Below, piece by piece: positions 19,145 to 27,909 of a stretch of DNA of 64,000 nucleotides (positions are counted from its first letter, which is position 1; each line of letters starts with the position of its first letter). The stretch is from a bacterium (GTDB lineage Bacteria > Krumholzibacteriota > Krumholzibacteriia > G020349025): NCBI GenBank assembly GCA_031362565.1, contig JANLSU010000103.1:43321-107320 (forward strand), written 5' to 3'. The notes below the pieces were generated by a model. That model made no database searches, was not told the origin of the DNA, and saw only the letters and a list, made by a program, of their open reading frames with translations. The translations under genes and the position numbers were made by a program.

Positions 19145-22100
19145 ATGAAGGCCCGATTCGAATTCGTTCTCGCTCCACTCCATCCCGACCTGCAAGCCGC
19201 GCTCTTCGCGGCGTGGCCCGCCGCATCCTTCGATGCCGTGCCGCGCACCGTCGTCGTGCCGACGCGTGCCCTCGGACGGTTTCTGTTGCGTGAGCGGGCC
19301 CGGCTCGGCACCGCGACGTGCGGCGTGCGCACCCTGACCTGGCTCGAACTCGGTCTCGAACTCAGCGCGTCGGAACGCGACGCCGAAGCGCGGCGCTTTC
19401 TGGGATCCGAAGCCCAGGCCTGGCTCGTGCGCCAATTGCGCGAGACAACGTCACGCGCCCCGACGCCGTTCGATGCGGCGCTCGACGTGCGCGGGTTTCG
19501 CGCCGTCTTGCAGCGCGCGTTCGACGCCCTGTCGCGCGCCGGACTTACGAGCCGCCGTGACGTCGAACGCTTTCTCGTGCACCACGGGTTCGATCTGCCG
19601 CTCGCCGCGCGGCATGTTCTCGAATTGGGCCTCGCCTATCGCACCAGCTTCGAAGCCACCCACGATGATGCCGCAGCCGTCCTAGCGCGCGCCGCCCGGG
19701 TGCCGGCCGGGCGCTGGCGCGAGGTGCTCGGCACGGCGCATTTGGAGGTGTACGGCTTCGACGCTCTCGATGCGGTCGAGTTGCAACTGCTGGGGCGTCT
19801 TACAACGGAGCCCGGGCTCGATCTCGCGCTCTACATTCCGTACCAGGAAGGCGCCGAGCCGGTCCTGGCACGGCGCGTCCGTGAACTCGGCGCTCTCGAA
19901 CGCGCGGTTCCGGCGGCCGTGCCCTACGCGCCCGAGACGCGCTTCGTGGCTGCACCGAGCGATGAGTCCGAGGCCGAAGAGATTGTCCGGCACTTGCTGC
20001 GTGCCGCCGCCGGCGGGATTCGCTTCGATGCCATGGCGGTCGTGGCGCGCAACTCGCGCCGATTGGACCTCGTGCGCTCGACGCTCGGGCGATGCGGCGT
20101 GCCGTACACGCTGCAGCCGGGTGCGTCGCTGCAAGGCACGCGTTCCGGGCGCGCCTTGGTGGCGTTTTTCGAGGTGCTGGATGCAGGCATTCGTCTCGAT
20201 CCGGTGTTGGCGTTTCTGGCGCTCGCGCCGGTTCGCTGGCACGATTGGGCTGGGCTCGAGACTGACGCCGTGGTGTCGGCGTGGGAGCGCGCGGCACATG
20301 CGGCGGGCGTTGGCCGCGGCCTTGCCGAATGGACCGCGCAACTCGAACGGTACGCAACCGATTTGGAAGCCGAGGCGGCGCGCCGCGAGGCGGACTCGGA
20401 ACCGGCGCAGCGGGCCCGCGACGCGGCGCGCGCGGCGCGTGAACTGTTGCAGGTCGTGACCGTGCTCGACGCCGAGGCCGGGCGCTTTCCGGTCCGCGCG
20501 CGCTGGCGCGAATGGGTCGACGCGACGGCCGCGTGGCTCGTGCGCACGTTGGCGCCAAGCGTCGAACTCGACGCTGTGGGAAGTGCCGTCGGCCGATTGC
20601 AGAGCCTGGAAGGTCTCGGCCGTTCGTTGCCATCGCGCGCCGATTTTCGCGATGCGGTTCGCAGTGTGCTCGCCGACGCGACGTTGACCCGGCCATCGGA
20701 CACGGTGCCGGCTGTTTGGCTCGGCACCAGTAGTGCCCTGTGGGGCGCGAGCTTCGATGTCGTGTGCATCGCCGGATTGCGCGAGGGCGAGTGGCCGGCG
20801 GCGGCGCGCGACGATCCGGTCTTGCCCGATCGCTTGCGCACCGCGCTGGCGAATCGTCTCGCCGATGACGAGTCACTGCCGTCGCGCCACGCGGCCGTCG
20901 AGCGCGAGCGGCGCGAGTTCGTGCAATGGTGCAGGGCGGCGCGACAGCGGCTCGTTTTGACCTGGGCGCGGCTCGATCCGGCGACCGGAGCACCGGGCCT
21001 GCCGTCGACGCTCGGACTCGAATTCGCCTCGGCGCTCGCCGGCCGGCCGCTCGACTATGAGGGCATCGAAACCTGGGACGGCACGGAGCGTGTGGCGCTG
21101 CGGCGCACCGGTGCCGAAACTGCGGCCGAGCCGCTCGACCTGGCGGAACTCGACGTGTGGACCGTGGCCGGCCTGCCGCCGGCAGCTGCACGCCGTTATG
21201 TGGCCGGACTCGGCAGTGTCGCGGCGCGCGGCCAGGCCCTCGAACGGTTGCGCCAGAATACGCCGCGCTTCACGAGCGTCGATGGCTGGCTTGCAGGACC
21301 GGCGGCGCGCGCCGCGCTCGAGGCGCGCGGCGCTCCCACCAGCATCAGCGTCAGCCAACTCGTCACCTACGCTACCTGTCCATTTCGCTATTTCATGCGC
21401 TACATGCTGCGCGTCGAACCGCTCGACCGCGATGAACCGCGCGATTTGTCGGGCCAAGAATCCGGCAAGTTGGTGCATCGCATTCTCGAACAGTTTCACC
21501 GCGACCTGCAGCGCGCCGGCATCAGCCTGGCTGAACTGACCGACGCTGAACTCGGGGCGCGCTTCGCGGCCGCCTTCGAAGCCGGTTGCCGCGAAGTCGA
21601 AGCGCGCGGCCGCACCGGGGCGCGCCTGCTCTGGGCGGTGCGCAAACAGCGCCTGCGCGACGACCTATCGCGTGCCCTGCGGTTCGAACGCCAACGGAGC
21701 GGCCGCTGGCAGCCGCGCGAATTCGAACAGCGCTTCGGCAGAGGTGGCAAGGGCGTTCCAAGCCTGCGCTTGGACGACGGCTCGCTGGTCGGGCTGCACG
21801 GCGTCATCGACCGCGTCGATGTCGATCCCGAAACCGGTGGGTTGTGTGTCATCGACTACAAGACCGGGCGCGCGCTCACCGGCCGCACCGGTGACCCGGC
21901 GGCGGTGCAACTCGTCGTCTATCTGCATGTGGCGACGGCCGGCCATCCGGAGCAATTGGCGGCGAGTGAAGCGCGCTTTGCGTACGTGACGCGGCGGGCG
22001 CAATTCGCACTGCAGCGCTTGCCGGGACCGGTGCTCGCAGCGCGGGCCAACGATCTGGTGGCGTTCGTGTCCGGCGTCGTCGGTGGTATCGCGCGCGGCG

Positions 22101-22309
22101 AGTTCCTGCCGCAACCCGGGCCGCGCGCGCAGCGTTGCGAGATCTGTGACTACCGCACGACCTGCGACGCACGCATTGCGGTGCTTGCCGAGCGCAAGGC
22201 GGGTGCCGGGCAAACCGTTCGTCTCGACGCCCTGCCGGAATTCGCCTCGGCGCTCGAAGCCGACATTCCGGCCGGTAGTGGCGCGGACTCCACGGCAGGT
22301 GACGCATGA
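19145..22309 (+). CDS. addB: AddB/RexB-like subunit: inactive helicase fold plus a PD-(D/E)xK nuclease with Fe-S cysteines
   Basis: SVSQL..YATCPFRYF, G..VHRILE, E.RFG, GVIDRVD, IDYKTG, QL..Y and CEICDYRTTC. Confidence 0.8.
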   Translation: MKARFEFVLAPLHPDLQAALFAAWPAASFDAVPRTVVVPTRALGRFLLRERARLGTATCGVRTLTWLELGLELSASERDAEARRFLGSEAQAWLVRQLRETTSRAPTPFDAALDVRGFRAVLQRAFDALSRAGLTSRRDVERFLVHHGFDLPLAARHVLELGLAYRTSFEATHDDAAAVLARAARVPAGRWREVLGTAHLEVYGFDALDAVELQLLGRLTTEPGLDLALYIPYQEGAEPVLARRVRELGALERAVPAAVPYAPETRFVAAPSDESEAEEIVRHLLRAAAGGIRFDAMAVVARNSRRLDLVRSTLGRCGVPYTLQPGASLQGTRSGRALVAFFEVLDAGIRLDPVLAFLALAPVRWHDWAGLETDAVVSAWERAAHAAGVGRGLAEWTAQLERYATDLEAEAARREADSEPAQRARDAARAARELLQVVTVLDAEAGRFPVRARWREWVDATAAWLVRTLAPSVELDAVGSAVGRLQSLEGLGRSLPSRADFRDAVRSVLADATLTRPSDTVPAVWLGTSSALWGASFDVVCIAGLREGEWPAAARDDPVLPDRLRTALANRLADDESLPSRHAAVERERREFVQWCRAARQRLVLTWARLDPATGAPGLPSTLGLEFASALAGRPLDYEGIETWDGTERVALRRTGAETAAEPLDLAELDVWTVAGLPPAAARRYVAGLGSVAARGQALERLRQNTPRFTSVDGWLAGPAARAALEARGAPTSISVSQLVTYATCPFRYFMRYMLRVEPLDRDEPRDLSGQESGKLVHRILEQFHRDLQRAGISLAELTDAELGARFAAAFEAGCREVEARGRTGARLLWAVRKQRLRDDLSRALRFERQRSGRWQPREFEQRFGRGGKGVPSLRLDDGSLVGLHGVIDRVDVDPETGGLCVIDYKTGRALTGRTGDPAAVQLVVYLHVATAGHPEQLAASEARFAYVTRRAQFALQRLPGPVLAARANDLVAFVSGVVGGIARGEFLPQPGPRAQRCEICDYRTTCDARIAVLAERKAGAGQTVRLDALPEFASALEADIPAGSGADSTAGDA

Positions 22310-25300
22310 CGCACGGCTTCGATGCCGATCTCGTCGATCGCGAGGCGCGTGAACTCGCCATCACGACTCTCGACAAACCGCTGCTCGTCGAGGCGGGAGC
22401 CGGCACCGGCAAGACCACACTGCTCGTGGCGCGCCTCGTGCATGCCCTCGCGGCCGGCGCGGTGCTCATGCCCCGTGTCGTCGCGATCACGTTTACCGAA
22501 AAGGCGGCGGCGGAACTTCGCCTGCGCCTGCGGCAAGGACTCGAACGCGCCGCCGCCGATACCGCCCGTCCGGTCGACGAGCGCACGCGCTTGGGACGCG
22601 CCCTGCACGAACTGGATCGTGCCACCGTGTCGACGATCCACGCCTTCGCGGCGGCGCTCCTGCGCGAGCGGCCGGTACAGGCGCGCATCGATCCGCAATT
22701 CCGCACTCTCGACGAACTCGAGTCGGCGCAGTTGTTCCGCGAGTTCTGGAACCGTTGGGTCGATGCGGAACTCGAAACGGATGCGGCGGCGCAGTGCTTA
22801 CGGTTCGCACTGCTGACCGGCGTGCGGCTCGAACCCGACATCGTCGACCTGGCACGCGACCTCGACTTGCAGCGCGATTGCGTCGAGGCGCTCGCACCAC
22901 CGTCCGCGGCGGCGGATCTCGAATCTCGCATGCGCGACGTGCATGCGGCGGTGCGGCGTTGTCTGGCGCATGCGGAGCGCTATTGCCGCGAGCCCGAAGA
23001 TCGCGGCTTCGCTCAAGGGCGCGATTTGGCGGCGCAACTCGCGACGCTCGACGGACTCGACCCGCAGGGCTGGCCGGCGGTGTTCTTGCAAGATCTGCCA
23101 CTGCAGACCAACCTGGGCCGGGCGAGCGCCTGGGTGGGACAGGAGGGCGCCGCGAGCAAGCAAATGCGGCGCGAGATTCGCGCCGCGATCGAGTCCCTGC
23201 GCCAGGCCTTCGCCGACACGGCGCTGCACGGTGTCCTGCTCTGGCTCGAACGGTTTCGCGACGCCTATGACATCGAAAAACAACGGCGTGGCGTTCTCGA
23301 CTTCCAGGACCTGCTGCTGCGGGCCCGCAAACTCGTGCGTGAGGATCCGGCGGTGCGCCGCGAACTCGGGGCCGGAATTGACATGCTGTGCGTCGACGAG
23401 TTCCAGGACACCGATCCGCTGCAGGCGGAACTCGTGCTCTTTCTGGCCGAACGTGGCGGTCCGGCGTTGGACTGGCACGACGTCGTCGTCGGGCCGAAGT
23501 TGTTTTTGGTCGGTGATCCCAAGCAATCCATTTATCGATTCCGCCGCGCCGATCTCGACGTGTATGCGCGCTGCGTCGATCTCGTGACGCGCTCCGGCGG
23601 ACTGCGGCTCGACATCGTCCGCAACTTTCGCAGCCGGCCGGCGGTCATCGACTGGGTGAACGGCGTTTTCGAATCGACGTTTCAGCCGGCGCCCGAGGAT
23701 CCGTCGGCACCGCGCCATGTGGCGCTCGTGGCGGGGCCCGAAGCACTCGACCGCCCGGCGGTATGGATCGTGCGGCATGGTGCCGGGGCGCTGGAAGCAG
23801 CGGCCGATGCGGCGCGGCGCGCCGAGGCCACGGCGCTCGCCGCGTTTATCGCCCGCGCCTTGCACGAGGCCTGGCCAGTGCGGGACGCCGGCACGGTGCG
23901 GCCGCTGCGCGCCGCGGACATCGCGCTCTTGTTCGCGCGCACGTCGGGGATCGAGTTGTACGAGACCGCACTGCGGACGGCGGGGATCGCGTTCCAGCAG
24001 GAAGGCGGCCGGTTGTTCTTCCAGCGCCCCGAAGTTCGCGATGTGTTGCACACGCTGGCGGCGATCGACGACCCGCACGACGAGCTGGCATTGGTCGCTG
24101 CCTTGCGATCGCCGCTCTTTGGCATCACCGATGAGGAACTGCTTCTGCATCGATTGGCATTCGGCGGTTTTGTGAGCGCCGATCCGGCGGTGAACCCGGC
24201 GCTCGCCGAGCCGCTCGCGATCGTCGCCGCACTGCACGCCGCGCGGCACACGAACGGTGTGGCGGGCACCATTGCGGCGTTACTCGATCGCACTAGTGCG
24301 CGCGCTGCCCAGGCGGCACGGCCGCAGGGGGCGCAGGCGCTGGCGAATTTCGAAATGTTGCAGCGGCGGGCGCGGCAATTCGAAGCGACGCACGCCGCCG
24401 GGCTGCGTGAATTCATTCGCGCCTTGCAGGATCTCGACCGCGATACGCCGCGCATCGCCGAGTGGGCGCCACAAGACGACGCCGACGACCGCGTGCGGCT
24501 GCTGACGGTGCACATGGCAAAAGGGCTCGAGTTCCCGTGCGTGCTGCTTGCCAACATGGGGGCGCGGGCGAGCGGCCAAACGTCGTCGGTGCTCGTCGAG
24601 CGGCTGTCCGCCTCCGTCTCGGTGCGATTGCGCGCCGGCGACATCGGCCATTCCTTCAAGAGTGCGACCTGGGATGAGGTGTCGGTGCGCGACCGCGACC
24701 GCGACGCTGCCGAAGAGCGCCGGTTGTTGTATGTCGCAGCGACCCGGGCCCGCGACTATTTGGTCGTGCCGGCGTTCGAAGGTGCCGCATCCGGCGGTTT
24801 CGCGCGGCTGTTGCGCGAGGTGCCGGGCGCCCTTGGGGATGCGCCGTGTGGCGCGTTGCCCGCACCGGCGGAGCCCGGCGCTTTCGTGCCGCGCGATGTG
24901 CCGTGGTGCCGGATCGAAGCCGCGGATCTTCCCATCGTCGTGCCGGCGGTGACGCGCCGGGCGGCCCGCACCGACGTGGAGTTGCTCTGGCGGCGCCGCG
25001 ACGAGTGGCGATTGCGACACGCGGCGCAGCTGCGCGGCGGTGGTGCCGGCGAGGCGTCGCAAGAGCGTTTGCCGGTGGGAGAGGAACTCGGCGACGTGCC
25101 GCGCTGGCGCCTGCTCTTAGGACGGGCGCTCGAGAGCATCGGCGGCGACCCAAGTCCCAGCGCCATCGAGTCGGGCGTGCGGCGCGTTACGGCCGCGCAT
25201 GGCGCACGCCTGTTTGCTTCAGAACTCCGCGAACTGGCGCCGGGGGCGATCGCGTTCGATTGCGCCCAAGGTTCCAGACGGATCTGGCGCGGTGTGACAT

Positions 25301-25545
25301 GGGTGGGCATGGACGGTGCGCGGCCGGTCAGCCTGTGGCTCGATTGTATTCACGACACGCCGGATGGATTGCTGCTCGTCGAGTACGTGCTTGAAGCATC
25401 GGATGTCGGGTTGGAAGCGGCTCGGGCGGTGGTGCGTTGGAAGGCGGCGGTGCTCCGGAGCGCGCCGGTGCAACTGGCGCGGGCCGGCATCTTGTGCCTG
25501 CCCGAGGGCACCTGGCACCCGGCTGGCGAGTCGACGGCGCTGTAG
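22306..25545 (+). CDS. addA: AddA/UvrD-like SF1 helicase
   Basis: EAGAGTGKT, TFTEKAA, TIHAF, DEFQD, GDPKQSIYRFR, TVHMAKGLEF and EERRLLYVAATRA. ATGA overlap with addB. Confidence 0.88.
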   Translation: MTHGFDADLVDREARELAITTLDKPLLVEAGAGTGKTTLLVARLVHALAAGAVLMPRVVAITFTEKAAAELRLRLRQGLERAAADTARPVDERTRLGRALHELDRATVSTIHAFAAALLRERPVQARIDPQFRTLDELESAQLFREFWNRWVDAELETDAAAQCLRFALLTGVRLEPDIVDLARDLDLQRDCVEALAPPSAAADLESRMRDVHAAVRRCLAHAERYCREPEDRGFAQGRDLAAQLATLDGLDPQGWPAVFLQDLPLQTNLGRASAWVGQEGAASKQMRREIRAAIESLRQAFADTALHGVLLWLERFRDAYDIEKQRRGVLDFQDLLLRARKLVREDPAVRRELGAGIDMLCVDEFQDTDPLQAELVLFLAERGGPALDWHDVVVGPKLFLVGDPKQSIYRFRRADLDVYARCVDLVTRSGGLRLDIVRNFRSRPAVIDWVNGVFESTFQPAPEDPSAPRHVALVAGPEALDRPAVWIVRHGAGALEAAADAARRAEATALAAFIARALHEAWPVRDAGTVRPLRAADIALLFARTSGIELYETALRTAGIAFQQEGGRLFFQRPEVRDVLHTLAAIDDPHDELALVAALRSPLFGITDEELLLHRLAFGGFVSADPAVNPALAEPLAIVAALHAARHTNGVAGTIAALLDRTSARAAQAARPQGAQALANFEMLQRRARQFEATHAAGLREFIRALQDLDRDTPRIAEWAPQDDADDRVRLLTVHMAKGLEFPCVLLANMGARASGQTSSVLVERLSASVSVRLRAGDIGHSFKSATWDEVSVRDRDRDAAEERRLLYVAATRARDYLVVPAFEGAASGGFARLLREVPGALGDAPCGALPAPAEPGAFVPRDVPWCRIEAADLPIVVPAVTRRAARTDVELLWRRRDEWRLRHAAQLRGGGAGEASQERLPVGEELGDVPRWRLLLGRALESIGGDPSPSAIESGVRRVTAAHGARLFASELRELAPGAIAFDCAQGSRRIWRGVTWVGMDGARPVSLWLDCIHDTPDGLLLVEYVLEASDVGLEAARAVVRWKAAVLRSAPVQLARAGILCLPEGTWHPAGESTAL

Positions 25546-25672
25546 TGTCCGACGCGGGAGGCGGAACGAGGCCCGCGGTCGCATCCGCACCCCTGCCGCA
25601 CCCCAAGACGAATCACACCAATCCGAGGGTCGTCGCACGCCTCCCGGACGTCGGTCACTGCCTGGCACACTT

Positions 25673-25688
25673 TGCAAACCGGGTGCCA
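25673..25688 (-). promoter_or_regulatory. Candidate sigma54 (-24/-12) promoter
   Basis: TGGCACCCGGTTTGCA on the minus strand, with exact GG-N10-GC spacing. Confidence 0.55.
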
Positions 25689-25726
25689 GGCATCCGAGGC
25701 GGTACGCGCGCTGTCGGGGGGCGAGA

Positions 25727-25754
25727 GCGGCGCCGCCGCATGCGGCGGCGCCGC
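25727..25754. terminator. Perfect 28-bp palindrome, probable terminator or 3' stem of the adjacent minus-strand gene
   Basis: GCGGCGCCGCCGCATGCGGCGGCGCCGC lies just past the stop at 25760. No clear U-tract. Confidence 0.45.
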
Positions 25755-25759
25755 ATCCT

Positions 25760-26344
25760 CTACCGTACGAGGGGGTTCGGCGCCGCTTCCACCAGAACTG
25801 CGTCTTGGCGCAGCGTGACCGTGGTGTTGAGGATCCGCATCACACCATTCTTGGCGTCGATGAGGGTTGCGGGACCGTAGACCTTTTCCTTGGCCTTCTT
25901 GCCGCCCGGCAGTTTAACCGTCGTGACGCGGAACTTGGTGGCCTTGAAACTGCCGTTCGCTTGCACCGATCCCTGCACTTTGACCGCCATTCCATCCTCC
26001 ATCTTGGAGCTCATGATCTGGCGTTTCAGCTCGTCCTTGATCGTGGTCTTGTCATCCCAGGTCACCACGTACCCCAGCACCTTCATGGTGCTCTTGACGC
26101 GGTTGATGTCTTGGATGGCGCCATAGATCGCCCGGTCCTCGCCGAGCGAGTCGGCCGGGGCGTAGATCTCGAAATCCTTGCCCATCAACGTGCCATCCGG
26201 CATGAGGGTGCCGTCGGCTTCGACCCAGGAGCCGGGGCGGGCGATTTGTTTCATGGCGAAGTCACGCCCGAGCGGCGGACCCGCGAACGCGGCTGTGGCG
26301 CTGAGCGAGAGCGCCAACACGGCGATTCCGTGGGCCTTCGACAT
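25760..26344 (-). CDS. Secreted protein with repeated small OB-like domains (DUF5666-like)
   Basis: AAGGAGG RBS, signal peptide, and repeated units of the form G.I..I....ST.KVLG..VT and G..V.V.G....G.F.AT. Confidence 0.65.
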   Translation of the reverse strand: MSKAHGIAVLALSLSATAAFAGPPLGRDFAMKQIARPGSWVEADGTLMPDGTLMGKDFEIYAPADSLGEDRAIYGAIQDINRVKSTMKVLGYVVTWDDKTTIKDELKRQIMSSKMEDGMAVKVQGSVQANGSFKATKFRVTTVKLPGGKKAKEKVYGPATLIDAKNGVMRILNTTVTLRQDAVLVEAAPNPLVR

Positions 26345-26593
26345 ATGTCTACTCCTCCTTGGCGAAATTGACATTCCAGGCACGCAGCCCTCTGTAACCC
26401 GCAGCCTACTCGAAGGTTCCAGCGTTGGGGAAGCACAGGTTCGGGGCAAAATGCGCAGCCGGCGGCAGAGCGTCGGGACCCAAGCCGCGGGCGGATCCGC
26501 GGGGCTTGAGACCATGTGGCGGCAGGGACTCGCGCCGGCCGGAAACGAGTGCTATATTACGAACGCGTTTTCAAGACTGGGAGATTCGAACGT

Positions 26594-27043
26594 ATGCGCC
26601 GCTTCCGCCTGCCGATTCTCACCGTCCTGGCCTTCGTTGGCGCCGGCTGCAATAGCACGCCCGAAAGCGTTCTCGAAGTCGCGAAACATACCCAGCCGGT
26701 CGTCGACATCCGCAACGTGATCATCAACGGCCAGGCGCGAGTGTCCTTCTCGTTCGCCGTGCCCGGCGATGTGGGGCATCCGCATTTCCAGGGCCGTTGG
26801 ACGGTGCGCGACGCTGAAAAACCCGTGCAGGTGTTCGTGTTCCGGGCCGCGGACTACAACGACACTCTCCTGCCGACGGTGCAGACCGCCACGTGGTCGT
26901 GGACGCTGACCTCCGACAAGCCCGAGATGCACGTGCATCCGACGCCGGGCAGCTGGGTCATCGTGTACTTCAATCCGGCCCAGGGTGGAGCGACGACGCG
27001 CACCGATTTGTCGTCCGAGATCGACTTCAGCTACTTCAAGTGA
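26594..27043 (+). CDS. Hypothetical lipoprotein
   Basis: MRRFRLPILTVLAFVGAGC lipobox. Confidence 0.75.
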   Translation: MRRFRLPILTVLAFVGAGCNSTPESVLEVAKHTQPVVDIRNVIINGQARVSFSFAVPGDVGHPHFQGRWTVRDAEKPVQVFVFRAADYNDTLLPTVQTATWSWTLTSDKPEMHVHPTPGSWVIVYFNPAQGGATTRTDLSSEIDFSYFK

Positions 27044-27056
27044 TCCGGCGCGCCGT

Positions 27057-27692
27057 TCAGCGCACGCCGCCCAGATGCCCCCAGCGCACCTTGCTGCGCG
27101 CCGTAGCCTCGCCGTCCCAGGAAAAATAAATCGCCAGCGGGTGGGCTCGGACGTTGGCGATCGGCACGGCGCCGAAGAACCGGCTGTCGAAGCTATTGTC
27201 CCGGTTATCGCCCATGGCGAAGAAGTGGTCGGGCGGGACCACGAACGGCCCAAACTGGTCCCGGAGGGCGCGCGCTTGCACGTCGGTGTGTTTGCAGCCG
27301 GGCGCTTCCAGCCGCGGCTCCCCATTCACGAAGAGCTGTTTGTTCCGAACCTCGACGATCTGGCCGGCGACCGCGACACAGCGCTTGATGAGATCGATTT
27401 CCGGATCCTCGGGACTCTCGAAAATCACCAAATCACCTGCGCGTGGCGTGCGCAGCCCGGGAACTCGAATCGAGGGCACGACTGCCGAGAGGAGGGGGAT
27501 GCGCCCCGGCACGTGGGGTCCGAAGCTGATTTTTTCGGCCAGCACGAAGTCGCCGGGGAAAAGTGTGTCTTCCATGGATCCCGACGGAATGTGATACGCC
27601 TGGACGAGCGTCGCCCGCACCAGGAGCGCAATCGCGATCGGCACGCCCAGGCCGGTGAGGGTGCGGCGAACGATCCGAGGCAGAGCGGTCAC
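27057..27692 (-). CDS. lepB: Signal peptidase I
   Basis: IPSGSMEDTL (catalytic Ser), IKRC (catalytic Lys), and MGDNRDNSFDSRFFG. GTG start with GGAGG. Confidence 0.93.
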   Translation of the reverse strand: MTALPRIVRRTLTGLGVPIAIALLVRATLVQAYHIPSGSMEDTLFPGDFVLAEKISFGPHVPGRIPLLSAVVPSIRVPGLRTPRAGDLVIFESPEDPEIDLIKRCVAVAGQIVEVRNKQLFVNGEPRLEAPGCKHTDVQARALRDQFGPFVVPPDHFFAMGDNRDNSFDSRFFGAVPIANVRAHPLAIYFSWDGEATARSKVRWGHLGGVR

Positions 27693-27909
27693 GATTCCTC
27701 CGCACCTTGGGCTGTTGCGCGTCCACGGCGTCCCGAACGACATTCGCTTGTACGGACGCCACGCGCTGGTGGTTCCGGCGTCCGAGGCGCCAAGGTGCAG
27801 GCTTCGAGCCCACGCCTGGGGTGAATCGAGCCCCAAACCGCCGCAGGCGGCGCGGGACTTGCTCGGAATTCCGGGCGGCCGGGAAAAGGCCAGAAGCGCG
27901 GAGGATGCC

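Noticed and set aside
19145..25545. Cas4/CRISPR or anti-phage helicase-nuclease system
   Set aside because: The architecture and order fit housekeeping addB-addA. No repeat-spacer array or cas genes were seen.
25663..25676. TGGCACACTTTGCA as a plus-strand sigma54 promoter
   Set aside because: The spacing is GG-N8-GC rather than N10. Only the minus-strand copy fits.
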